From assembly GCA_963743635.1 (NCBI GenBank), contig CAVUQO010000002.1, positions 320,001 through 384,000 of the forward strand: a stretch of 64,000 nt of DNA, read 5' to 3'. A program made the position numbers and the translations under genes. This document shows, in pieces, positions 53,298-63,504 of the stretch. Under the pieces are notes generated by a model that was not told the DNA's origin, did not search any database, and was given only the letters and a program-made list of their open reading frames with translations. Positions within the stretch are counted from its first letter, which is position 1, and each line of letters starts with the position of its first letter. The stretch comes from Candidatus Babeliales bacterium (GTDB taxonomy: Bacteria; Babelota; Babeliae; Babelales; Vermiphilaceae).

Positions 53298-53798
53298 ATG
53301 GCTGAAGCAAAGGAAACATCTATTGTTGATCACGTAGTCAATGTACGACGTGTAACAAAAGTTACTAAGGGTGGTAAGCGCTTTTCATTCTCAGCATTGG
53401 TAGTTTCAGGAAACCAAGCAGGAGAAATCGGTATAGCGCTTGGTAAAGGACGTGAGCTTTCACTTGCTATTACTAAGGCAACAAATAGAGCTCGCAAAGA
53501 AATGATCAAGGTTCCATTGCGTGGTAGTACTATTCCATACGATGTCATTGGACGTCATGGTGCAAGCAAAGTCATTATGCGCGCTGCATAAAAAGGTACT
53601 GGTATTATTGCGGGTGGTGCAGTTCGCTATGTAATGGCAGCGGTCGGTGTCAATGATGTACTTGCAAAATCTGTTGGTTCATCAAATCGACAAAATGTAG
53701 TTAAAGCAACTTTGAATGCGCTTGCTCAATTACGATCAGCGGCTCACTTGGCAAAGTTGAGATGAAAAACAGTTAAAGAATTGATGGGAACCAAATAA
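53298..53798 (+). CDS. rpsE: 30S ribosomal protein S5 (frameshifted, likely error)
   Basis: [20 protein letters not shown] continues in another frame. Confidence 0.92.
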
Positions 53799-54289
53799 TG
53801 TTACGTTTACATGAATTAACCGCGTTAGTAAAAAAAAGAAAAGAGTTGGACGTGGTGGTAGTCGCGGTGGTACTTCAGGACGAGGTACTAAAGGTCAACA
53901 AGCTCGTTCAGGTGGACGTAAAAGAAAACTTTCAGCAGGATTTGAAGGTGGTCAAATGCCATTGTATCGTCGTTTACCAAAACGAGGATTCAATAATGAC
54001 CGATTTCAGTGAAGCAGTAATGCAGATCATCAATCTTGAACAATTAAACAATGCCTTTGAAAAAGGTGCAATCGTTGATATGGCTGCATTGGTTGAAAAG
54101 GGATTAGTGTCTAAAAAGAAGAGTCAAAAAGGAATGAGCAACCAAATGATCAAGGTTCTTGGCAACGGTACGCTTTCTAAAAAGCTTATTGTTAACGCAG
54201 ATGCTTTTAGCAAATCTGCAATAACAGCCATAGAAAATCTTGGTGGTGAGGCTCGGTTAATGAAAGGAGATGTAGGTGGTACTTCTTAA
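53798..54289 (+). CDS. rplO: 50S ribosomal protein L15 (frameshifted)
   Basis: [13 protein letters not shown] and [18 protein letters not shown] in alternate frame; KVLGNG. Confidence 0.9.
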   Translation: MLRLHELTALVKKRKELDVVVVAVVLQDEVLKVNKLVQVDVKENFQQDLKVVKCHCIVVYQNEDSIMTDFSEAVMQIINLEQLNNAFEKGAIVDMAALVEKGLVSKKKSQKGMSNQMIKVLGNGTLSKKLIVNADAFSKSAITAIENLGGEARLMKGDVGGTS

Positions 54290-55600
54290 GAATTTCATCA
54301 ATATATTTTCAATCCCAGAATTACGTAAAAAAATTCTTATTTACGCTTGGTATTTTGGTTGTTTATCGTCTTGGTGTACATATTCCGGTTATCGGTGTTG
54401 AATATCGATGCGTTGCGTGCATTATTCGATCAAGGAAATAGGCTCGGGAATTTTTTTAGTTATCTTGATATGTTCTCAGGAGGCGCATTAAAAGAGTGTA
54501 CGTTGTTTGCACTCGGCATTAGTGCCTTACATTACATCATCGATCATGATGCAAATGCTTGGTATGACGATTCCGTCGCTTGAGCAATTACTCAAAGAAG
54601 GTGAATATGGACGTAAAATTATTAACCAATATACGCGATATCTCACATTTGCGGTTAGTATTTTCCATAGCCTTACGCTATGCATTTATTCTTGAACGTA
54701 ACGGCTTGGTGATAGAGCCAGGGTGGGCATTCCGATTGCTCTTCATTCTATCGTTAACGGTAGGTTCCATGTTTGTCATGTGGCTTGGTGAGCAGATTTC
54801 ATTATTTGGAATCGGCAATGGTAGTTCAATGATCATCTTTGCAGGTATCGTTGCACGTTTTCCAGGCTATGTAGGCTTAACCTATGTATCACGTAAGACA
54901 AGGTTTTATGGATCCTATTATAGCGATTCTTATCTTGCTATATTCTTGGCAATAACCGCAGTTGTCGTGTTCTTAGAACGCGGTGAACGTAAAATTCCCG
55001 TGCAATATACACGTCGCATTGTAGGACAACGAGTCTATGGTGGTCAAAGTACGTACATTCCATTCAAGATTAAATACCGCAAACGTTATGCCAGTTATTA
55101 TCACTGGTGCAGTAATGAGTATGCCGATGTTCTTGGTATCAATGTTCTCGGAAAAGTTTGCTATATTTAAGTGGCTTTCTGAAAACGTGTTTAGTCCTAC
55201 AACGATTCCTTATAACGTTATTGAATTCATTCTGATTGTTGCCTTCTCATTCATGTATACCGCATTGATGTATAATCCTGAAGAGCTTGCAGACAATATT
55301 AAGAAAAGTGGTGGCTTTATTCCAGGGATTCGTCCGGGCAAAAAGACTGCTGAATTCTTTTACTATATTTTGACGCGTGTAGGCTGCGTAGGTGCTTTGT
55401 ACCTTGCAACCTTGGCTGTGCTCCCTAACTTTTTAGGTATGTTGGTGCGTATGCCATTCTACCTGGGCGGCACCGGTATCTTGATCGTAGTGGGCGTTGC
55501 GTTAGAAATGGCCTCACAAATAGAAGCGTATCTTATCGAACATCGATATGAGGGCTTTTTGTCATCCGGCAGCAGATTAAAGGGCAGAGGCGTGCGTTGA
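54276..55600 (+). CDS. secY: Preprotein translocase SecY (multiple frameshifts)
   Basis: PYITSSI, WLGEQIS.FGIGNG, GGFIPGIRPGKKT, GGTGILIVVGV. Confidence 0.92.
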
Positions 55601-56294
55601 ACTTGAATAAAGAGATATTTAATATTTTTGGGTCCCCCGGGGTCCGGCAAGGGCTCTATTATCAGGGCTTTGTGTCAAGAATTTCGGGTGGACTCAACTT
55701 TCAACCGGAAATATATGTAGAAAGCATATAGCTGAGCAAACACAAGTTGGCAAAGCAATAGATTTTGCAATAAAATCTGGTAAACTAATATCAGATGAGC
55801 TTGTTACGAGTATGATAGAGCAATCGTTACAGGAGTGCCTGGAGAGTTCTTCAGTGATTATTCTTGATGGATACCCCCGAACGGTGGCTCAGGCTCGGCA
55901 ATTGAGCCAATTGCTCGAAACAAAATTTAAGAATATAAAGCTCAGATTGGTTCGATTTAACGTTCCTGATAAGCTCCTTGTTGAGCGTCTTTCGGCTCGT
56001 TATATCTGTAAAAACCAGGATTGTCAGGCGGTATATTCGCTTCTTTCTGGATCACAGCAGGCTCCTAAACATGACCTGGTGTGTGATAGATGCGGTCAGC
56101 CCCTTTACAGAAGGGAAGATGACCAGCCATCAGCAGTCAAAGAACGACTTAAAATGTATCATGCATATGAGCAAGATCTATTGAATTTTTACCGTACTGA
56201 AAAGCCGGAAGAAATAACAGATTTAGAGGCTGATAAGCCATTAATAGAAGTATTTGAAGATTTTAAAAAACGTGTGATGACCAAAAACGTATGA
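55597..56294 (+). CDS. adk: Adenylate kinase (frameshifted)
   Basis: GPPGSGKG, LDGYPRT, Zn-lid Cys motifs, REDD. Confidence 0.9.
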
Positions 56295-57065
56295 TTACCA
56301 TAAAGAACAAAGCATCCCTGCGTAAAATGGAGTGAAGCTGGTAGGTTACTGGCAGAAATCATGAAAGACCTTCAAGGTCGCCTTTGTTCCGGTGTGAGTA
56401 CGCTGGCTCTTGACGCGTGGATTGATCAAGAAATGACCAAAAAAGGCCTTAAGTCGAAGACAAAGGGTTTTATGACATACCGACATGTAAGTTGCATTTC
56501 GGTGAATGATGAGGTTGTTCATGGCGTTCCCTCCGCAGGTAAAATACTAAAAGATGGGGATGTCGTAAAAGTTGATATATGTGCTTCATGGGAAGGTTAC
56601 TGTGCCGATATGGCTCGTGCCTATTTTATTGGGACGGTTTCCAGAGGAAGTGCGAAATTGGCATTAGTTGCTCAGGCGGCTTTGATAAAGGAATTGAAAA
56701 GGCGCGCGAAGGTAATCGACTTTCAGATATTTCGGCAGCAATTCAAGAAGAAGTTGAAAGGCATGGATTTGGCGTTGTGCGTGATTTTGCAGGACATGGT
56801 ATTGGAAAACAAATGCATGAAGATCCTGAAGTATTGAATTATGGCAAACCTGGTAAGGGGCCCGTCTTGCGAGCCGGGATGACATTTGCTATTGAGCCAA
56901 TGATTACCATGGGTAAATATAATGTGTATGTACCGAAGATGGTTGGACGGTAAAAACCAAGGATAAAAGTTTGGCGGCACACGTTGAAGATACTATTGCA
57001 ATAACTCAGGGTGACCCAAAAATTTTAACACGAGAATGCAATGAAGAGGCTATAAAACCGCATGA
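56291..57065 (+). CDS. map: Type I methionine aminopeptidase (frameshifted; end approximate)
   Basis: [33 protein letters not shown]. Confidence 0.9.
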
Positions 57066-57295
57066 AAGATACCATAAACAAAAAGAAGAAGTAATAAAAG
57101 TTGATGGCATTGTAAAAGAAACATTGCCAAATGCAATGTTTCGCGTTGAAATTGAAGGCGGGCATGTAGTTTTGGGCATGTTTCTGGTAAAATGCGCATG
57201 CATTATATAAAAATTTTGCCAGGTGATCGAGTGGCGTTGGAATTTTCGCCGTATGATTTAAACGGGGAAGAATTGTTTTGCGATATAAAAATTAA
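57062..57295 (+). CDS. infA: Translation initiation factor IF-1 (frameshifted)
   Basis: [26 protein letters not shown]. Confidence 0.9.
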
Positions 57296-57330
57296 TTAAT
57301 AATGCAGGTATTACTTAAAGGAAAATACAG

Positions 57331-57447
57331 ATGAAAGTGAGAACATCAGTTAAAAAAATATGTGAATAATGTCGTATTATTAAACGTAAAGGCGTTGTTC
57401 GTGTTATTTGTAAAAGAAATGCACGTCATAAACAACGTCAAGGTTAG
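57331..57447 (+). CDS. rpmJ: 50S ribosomal protein L36 (apparent in-frame TAA, likely error)
   Basis: MKVRTSVKKIC..CRIIKRKG...HKQRQG. Confidence 0.9.
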
Positions 57448-57465
57448 GTTGAAAGTAAGGATTAT

Positions 57466-57859
57466 ATGGCAAGAATCGAAGGTGTTAATTTACCAGCGAA
57501 TAAACGAATTGAGTATGCGCTTGACATATCTTTTTGGTATTGGTCTTAAGACATCGCAAGATATTCTCAATAAATTAAAAATTGATTTCAATAAGCGTGT
57601 AAAAGATCTTACTGATGCAGAAGTTGCGGCAATATTTCAAAAGAAGTTTCCAGTAACTATATTACTGAAGGTGAATTGCGCAAAGAAATTACGCTGAATA
57701 TTAAGCGATTGCAAGAAATTGGTAGTTACCGTGGATTGCGTCATAAAAAGGGATTGCCGGTTCGTGGTCAACGTACAAAAACAAATGCGCGTACTCGTAA
57801 AGGTCCACGTAAAGCTGGTTCAGCATATCGCATTGAAGAAAAAAGTAACTAAGAAATAA
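57466..57859 (+). CDS. rpsM: 30S ribosomal protein S13 (frameshifted)
   Basis: [33 protein letters not shown]. Confidence 0.92.
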
Positions 57860-57890
57860 TTGTAAGATAGTTAACTGAGGTATTGTCAGA

Positions 57891-58272
57891 ATGGCATAAA
57901 AAAAAAGACGAAAAAAATTAAAAGACAGGTGATTCGGCGGTTGCGCATATTAAATCTACCTTTAATAATACGCTTGGTTTCGATCACCACACTAGAAGGT
58001 GATGTGTTATTGCGAGATAGTTCAGGCAAACTTGGATTTAAAGGAGCCGTAAAGGTACTCCATTTGCGGCATCGCAAATTGGCACAATACTTGCAAAAGA
58101 AATGGATGCAATGGGAATTCAGAATGTTGAAGTAAATATGCAAGGTCCTGGTTCCGGTCGTGATTCAGTTGTTCGATCATTGCAAGCATCTGGCATTGAA
58201 TGTTTCAGTTTTGCGTGATGTAACCCGTTTCCTCATAATGGTTGTCGTGCTCCTAAAAAACGTCGCGTATAA
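57891..58272 (+). CDS. rpsK: 30S ribosomal protein S11 (frameshifted)
   Basis: STFNNT, GPGSGR, PHNGCRAPKKRRV. Confidence 0.92.
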
Positions 58273-58310
58273 GTATATTGCGTATTAGAACCATGTTAAT
58301 ATAAGGTTAT

Positions 58311-58943
58311 ATGGAAAAAAAATCAACACGTTCAGATGAATCACAGCGAAAGAAGATCTCCACGAGGCAATGATGCTTAGCAAGAAAGCACACGCGGCGG
58401 TGAAGCTACGGTGAACGCAAGAACGACGTCTCGAAACGTTCAAAAAAATTGTCTGAATATGGCAAACAGCTTAGTAGAAAAGCAAAAAGTAAAAGAAATG
58501 TACGGATTGCGTGAAAAACAATTTAAACGTTTCTTTAGTATTGCGATTAAAAGTCGTGAAGGGGTACCGGGAGAAAATCTTATTGAGTTGCTTGAGCGAC
58601 GATTAGATAATATTATTTATCGTATTAAAGTTGGCAACAACCCGAACCCAAGCGCGTCAAATGATTACTCATGGACATGTTATGGTCAATGGTAGAAAAG
58701 TATATTCTCCATCATTTTTGGTTTCAGTAAATGATGAAGTTTCACTTGATCCAAAAGTTACTGAAAAAAAGGTATTTTTGGAGCAAGTAGTTGATAAGAG
58801 ACTTAACATTGGTATCAAAGTTCCTGAATGGCTTGAATTGAATAAGAAAGATCGCAAAGGTACAAGTATTACGCAATCCGGTTCGTTCTGATATTCAAGT
58901 GCCAATTGAAGAACACTTGATTGTTGAGTTGTATTCTAAGTAA
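58311..58943 (+). CDS. rpsD: 30S ribosomal protein S4 (frameshifted)
   Basis: [34 protein letters not shown]. Confidence 0.9.
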
Positions 58944-58997
58944 TAGTTTTTGTTTAGTGTGTATACGGTGATTTACTTTATGTGCCACGGAGGTTAG

Positions 58998-60054
58998 ATG
59001 GAAAAAAAGAATATAGACCATTAACTATTCCAAAATTAAATTGGAATAAGAAAGAATTAACTCATACTTATGGTGAATTGATTGCTCAACCTTTAGAGCC
59101 AGGTTTTGGTATTACTCTTGGTAATGCATTACGTCGTATTTTATATGCGGGCGTTGAAGGTTCTGCGGTAACATCAGTGATTATTAAAGGAGTAAATAAT
59201 GAATTTTCTTCATTGCCTGGTGTTGAAGAAGATGCAATGCAACTTATTCTTAATATTAAAGAATATTGTTGTTCGTAATAAAGACGGGAAACCGGGCAAA
59301 ATGCATTTGCATGTAAAAGGCGAAGCAGTTGCAAAGGTTGCAGATATTAAGGCAGATGAGCATCTTGAATTGGTTAATAAAGATCATGTGCATTGCGCAT
59401 GTTTCTGAAGATGGTGAACTTGATATTGAATTCTTTGTTGAACAGGTCGTGGTTATAAGCCGCGCAATGGCCAGTAGATAAATCGTTGCAAGAAGATGGT
59501 CGTATTTATATTGATGCGATGTTTTCTCCAATCCGCAAAGTAATGTTTGATGTTGAAAAAACTCGTGTTGGTAAAGATATCGATTATGATAAATTGACAT
59601 TCCGGATTCATACTGATGGTTCAGAAAATCCGCTTGATGTTTTGCATTATGCAGTTTCAGTACTTAAGAACACAACTAGAACATTTCTTGGCAAGCGCAG
59701 AAATTCCATTTAATGAAATTTCAGCTATCACCAGAAGAAGAGCAAGAGGGCGAACCGGTAGAATCTAGAACAATTGGGCCTCAAAGGTGTTTCAGCTGAT
59801 CTTTTACTTAAAGCCAATTGAAGAACTTGAACTTTCAGTGCGAGCACATAATTGTTTGATCAATGCTGGTATTAAACGTATCATTGATTTAGTTAACTTA
59901 AGTGAAGATGAAGCGCTTAAAATTAAGAATTTTGGCCGTAAATCATTGAGTGAAGTTAAAGAAAGCATGAAGGCATTTGGTCTTTCTTTTGGTATGAATA
60001 TCAAAGAAAATGAAGCTGAAGAAAGCGCTTGAACTAAGTGAAAGAAATGAATAG
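58998..60054 (+). CDS. rpoA: RNA polymerase alpha subunit (frameshifted; ends approximate)
   Basis: [39 protein letters not shown]. Confidence 0.92.
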
Positions 60055-60081
60055 TAACTGCATTAATAAGGTTGAGTAGTC

Positions 60082-60438
60082 ATGAGACATCAGAACGGTA
60101 GAAAAAAATTAAACTTAAGCCTTCACATAGAAAATCTACTAATGCGTAATCAAGTGATTCATTTGATTACCTATGGACATCTTAGTTCAACAAAAGCAAC
60201 AGTGAAAGAAGTACAACGTTTTGCTGAAAAGCTGGTGACTATCGCGCGTGAAGGCAATAATTTCAATGCACGTCGCCGTGCAAAGGCATTGTTGCCTTAT
60301 AAAGAAGAAGCGCTTATTAAATTGTTCACAGAAATTGCACCACACTACGTTTATCGTCCAGGTGGTTATACACGCGTGATTCCTATGGGTAAACGCATGA
60401 GCGATACGGCAACTATTGCTCGTCTTGAGTGGGTTTAG
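60082..60438 (+). CDS. rplQ: 50S ribosomal protein L17
   Basis: MRHQ..., RPGGYTR. Confidence 0.94.
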   Translation: MRHQNGRKKLNLSLHIENLLMRNQVIHLITYGHLSSTKATVKEVQRFAEKLVTIAREGNNFNARRRAKALLPYKEEALIKLFTEIAPHYVYRPGGYTRVIPMGKRMSDTATIARLEWV

Positions 60439-60441
60439 TCC

Positions 60442-60678
60442 ATGTCAGATCAAGAAGTAGTGCGTACAATAGAATCAGTATTAGACCAAATACGTCCAAA
60501 CATCCAAATGGACGGTGGTGATATTGAATTCGTTGAATTTCGCGAAGGAACCGTATACGTACGTCTGCAAGGCGCATGCATCGGCTGTCCATCCGCTATT
60601 TATACGCTGACTCTCGGTGTTGAAGACACGTTGAGAGATCAGATTGCACAAGTCCACAGTGTGGCACTCGTCGATTAA
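60442..60678 (+). CDS. NifU/NfuA C-terminal domain Fe-S scaffold protein
   Basis: IRPNIQMDGGDIE, GACIGCPS. Confidence 0.92.
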   Translation: MSDQEVVRTIESVLDQIRPNIQMDGGDIEFVEFREGTVYVRLQGACIGCPSAIYTLTLGVEDTLRDQIAQVHSVALVD

Positions 60679-60732
60679 GGTCACTCAATTGCCCTGAGGA
60701 GCGAAAGCGTCTCGAAGGGTGAGATAAAAATT

Positions 60733-60760
60733 AAAGGCACGTACATCACGTGCCTTTTTT
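60733..60760 (+). terminator. Terminator after the ribosomal operon
   Basis: aaaggcacg-tacatc-acgtgcctttttt. Confidence 0.8.
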
Positions 60761-60821
60761 ATTGGATCCGTAAGCTTTTAATGTAAGCGATAATTATGTA
60801 CAAAACAAAAAGGAATTCACT

Positions 60822-61160
60822 ATGAATGATTGGGGTTGGATTTATGTTATATGCGCCGGTATCGTTGAGATAATTTATGCAGCGGCAATGCCCAAAACGA
60901 ACGGCTTTACGCGGTTAGGCCCAACGTGTTTTTGCATAATCTTCATTTCGCTCAGTATGTACTTACTTTCGCTTGCAACTAAAACATTACCGATTGGCAC
61001 AGCCTATGCGGTTTGGGTAGGCATAGGGTCTCTGGGCACCGCGGCTTATGGCATTATGTATCTCGGTGAGGATGATAGTCCATTAAGGATTCTTTGTTTT
61101 ATATTCATTCTTTGCGGGATAATTGGTCTTAAAATATTATCAACAAGCTCTAAATCCTAG
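60822..61160 (+). CDS. SMR-family transporter (SugE/Gdx-like)
   Basis: AGIVE membrane Glu, LPIGTAYAVWVGIG; 4 TM helices. Confidence 0.9.
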   Translation: MNDWGWIYVICAGIVEIIYAAAMPKTNGFTRLGPTCFCIIFISLSMYLLSLATKTLPIGTAYAVWVGIGSLGTAAYGIMYLGEDDSPLRILCFIFILCGIIGLKILSTSSKS

Positions 61161-61288
61161 GTTTTGTGAGTCAAATTTAGATTCTGTCCTAAACTTCAAA
61201 AAGATTTTAAATTTCCCTTTCTTCAAGCTCAAATAATAATAACAACAATTGAATGAAGAATTCAGTGCACAACATCGATAAGAACTTA

Positions 61289-61324
61289 CGGGCTCCTCAA
61301 TAAAAAGAGGGGCCCGAATCTTTT
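61289..61324. terminator. Hairpin/terminator; a second, interrupted copy lies at 63249-63497
   Basis: cgggctcctc-aataaaaa-gaggggcccg-aatctttt. Confidence 0.7.
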
Positions 61325-61418
61325 ATAAACGATTGTGTTCTACGGATGTTTTTTGCCATCATAGGGTAAAGTAAGGTATGAACATAGGGTTCATATCAAT
61401 TATTAAAAAGGAGAGATA

Positions 61419-63227
61419 ATGGATAGAAATAAAATCATAGCGGGTGCAGTGCTCGCGATTGGCGTTATAGTATGGCGCGTGGGGGCGATGCAGCAGGGCA
61501 ACAATCAAATCGAGATAGAGCCCAATGATGGACCTGTAATACGCATGAACATCGATAGAGCATGCTTATCTGGCACGATTAAGAATCTCTATGATACTCT
61601 ACAAAATGAAGCTGGGGAGTTCAACGAGCCAATGCCAGTGTCGGTTTCAACTGCTGATCTGAATGCCGTATTTATCACCGAAGAACCGCAGATTTTGGCA
61701 GCACATGCGGCTTTTAATGATCGCACTCTCGCTGCGATCAGCGCATTGCCAGAAGAAGTGCGGAAAGAAAGAGCGAGGCGCGCTGCGAGTCTCATGGCTC
61801 AGACGCCGTACAATGCAGAGTTATTAAACCGCACTATGAAACGCTTTCAGGTTGCAGTCTATTTAGATATTCCGGAATTGTATGAGCGTGATGCGAAAAT
61901 AATTGCGGATATGTTGATCTCTGATGTGGGTCTTGCGGCATTGAGCGGTAATGCCGCGATTTTAAATGAATTTACGGTGGCATTAGAGACGGCAGTTGCC
62001 AACTATATTCCGGAACTCTGGCTCGAGGCGTGCACGTTAAGAGGGCATACTAATTGGGTTATATCAGCAGCATTTTCACCCGATGGCACTCTGGTGGTGA
62101 CGGTATCTATGGATAACACTGCAAAGATATGGAATGCTGCAACTGGTGCAATGGTCAGAGATCTTGATACTGGTGAGGTTAATTCAGCTCTTAAATCAGC
62201 AGCATTTTCACCCGATGGCACTCTGGTGGTGACGTTATCTGGTGATAACACTGCAAAGATATGGAATGCTGCAACTGGTGCAATGGTCAGAAATCTTGTG
62301 GGGCATACTGGGCTGGTTAATTCAGCAGTGTTTTCACCCGATGGCACTCTGGTGGTGACGGCATCTTGGGATCGCACTGCAAAGATATGGAATGCTGCAA
62401 CTGGTGCAATGGTCAGAGATCTTGTGGGGCATACTAATTGGGTTATATCAGCAGCATTTTCACCCGATGGCACACGGGTGGTGACGGCATCTGATGATAA
62501 CACTGCAAAGATATGGAATGCTGCAACTGGTGCAATGGTCAGAGATCTTGTGGGGCATACTGCTTATGTTCAGTCAGCAAAATTTTCACCCGATGGCACT
62601 AAGGTGGTTACGGCATCTGTTGATCGCACTGCAAAGATATGGAATGCGGCAACTGGTGCAATGGTCAGAGATCTTGTGGGGCATACTGAAGTGGTTTCTT
62701 CAGCAGTATTTTCACCCGATGGCACTCAGGTGGTGACGGCATCTTATGATAAGACTGCAAAGATATGGAATGCAGCAACTGGCGCAATGGTCAGAAATCT
62801 TGTGGGGCATACTGATGTGGTTTGTTCAGCAGTATTTTCACCCGATGGCAGACGGGTGGTGACGGCGTCTGCTGATAACACTGCAAAGATATGGAATGCG
62901 GCGACTGGTGCATTGGTATGGAATCTTGTGGGGCATACTGGAGCGGTTTTTTCAGCAGTATTTTCACCCGATGGCACTCAGGTGGTGACGGCATCTTATG
63001 ATAAGACTGCGAAGATATGGCAATTATTGCCAAGCTCGTTGCCCGGCGTGAATGATTTTGATGCGACCTTATTCGCTCATTTACTATTCTGGGCGCAAAA
63101 AAATAAACAAAAAATAACCGATACTTCGTGGGCGCCGAAAGTTGTGCATGCCATTAAATGGCATATGATGAGGCCTGCCGATAAGCAGTTGCTGCAAGGA
63201 TGGATTCGGGAAGCTATGCAGCACTAA
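61419..63227 (+). CDS. Secreted Skp1/BTB-like + 8x WD40 repeat protein
   Basis: Signal RVGA|MQ; SGTIKNL, EPMPV and AVYLDIPEL..AKIIADML resemble Skp1; GH...FSPDG..VVTAS.D.TAKIW repeats. Confidence 0.88.
   Translation: MDRNKIIAGAVLAIGVIVWRVGAMQQGNNQIEIEPNDGPVIRMNIDRACLSGTIKNLYDTLQNEAGEFNEPMPVSVSTADLNAVFITEEPQILAAHAAFNDRTLAAISALPEEVRKERARRAASLMAQTPYNAELLNRTMKRFQVAVYLDIPELYERDAKIIADMLISDVGLAALSGNAAILNEFTVALETAVANYIPELWLEACTLRGHTNWVISAAFSPDGTLVVTVSMDNTAKIWNAATGAMVRDLDTGEVNSALKSAAFSPDGTLVVTLSGDNTAKIWNAATGAMVRNLVGHTGLVNSAVFSPDGTLVVTASWDRTAKIWNAATGAMVRDLVGHTNWVISAAFSPDGTRVVTASDDNTAKIWNAATGAMVRDLVGHTAYVQSAKFSPDGTKVVTASVDRTAKIWNAATGAMVRDLVGHTEVVSSAVFSPDGTQVVTASYDKTAKIWNAATGAMVRNLVGHTDVVCSAVFSPDGRRVVTASADNTAKIWNAATGALVWNLVGHTGAVFSAVFSPDGTQVVTASYDKTAKIWQLLPSSLPGVNDFDATLFAHLLFWAQKNKQKITDTSWAPKVVHAIKWHMMRPADKQLLQGWIREAMQH
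62043..63020 (+). repeat. Eight tandem ~126-bp near-identical WD40-coding repeats
   Basis: gggcatact starts at 62043, 62301, 62427, 62553, 62679, 62805, 62931; unit 2 carries an indel. Confidence 0.95.
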
Positions 63228-63258
63228 TTCATCGCATTGAAAAAACGAAGGGCTTCTC

Positions 63259-63478
63259 AATGAAGCGCTCAACCGGTTAAAACCCGTTGTAACGCGCTGA
63301 AATTACGCCATAGCTAAAAACCCGCCTTCGCTCCCCTTCGACCCTTCGTCAGGCTCAGGGCTCAGGGCGAGCGGGGCCCGTTCATGGTGAGTAGTGAAAC
63401 GTATCGAACCACGGACGTGGTTCTTGTCGCCTTTATCCGCGCGCTAAAGCACGCGGTTTTCAGCGACGGCGAATAAAA
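63259..63478 (+). mobile_element. IS200/IS605-like MITE copy 2 with nested REP-like elements
   Basis: aatgaagcgctcaaccggttaaaacccgttgt...cgcctttatccgcgcgctaaagcacgcggttttc; interrupts a duplicated hairpin. Confidence 0.65.
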
Positions 63479-63504
63479 CGAGGGGCCCGAATCTTTTGTG
63501 GAGA

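Noticed and set aside
56971..57210. Apparent Map-IF1 fusion ORF
   Set aside because: Lies in the error-dense zone; best explained by an indel joining the map 3' end to infA
53298..60438. Pseudogenisation, alternative genetic code or programmed frameshifting in ribosomal genes
   Set aside because: Breaks are mostly single-base indels, many in or near homopolymers, in essential and otherwise conserved genes; TGA and TAA act as normal stops in intact genes
60680..60821. Guanidine riboswitch upstream of the SugE/Gdx-like gene
   Set aside because: Only a REP copy and a terminator are seen; no twin ACGR hairpins or ykkC-like consensus recognised
62043..63020. CRISPR array or DGR target suggested by regular repeats
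   Set aside because: Repeats are in-frame 126-bp WD40 coding units with no spacers; no cas, reverse transcriptase or separate template repeat is visible in the window
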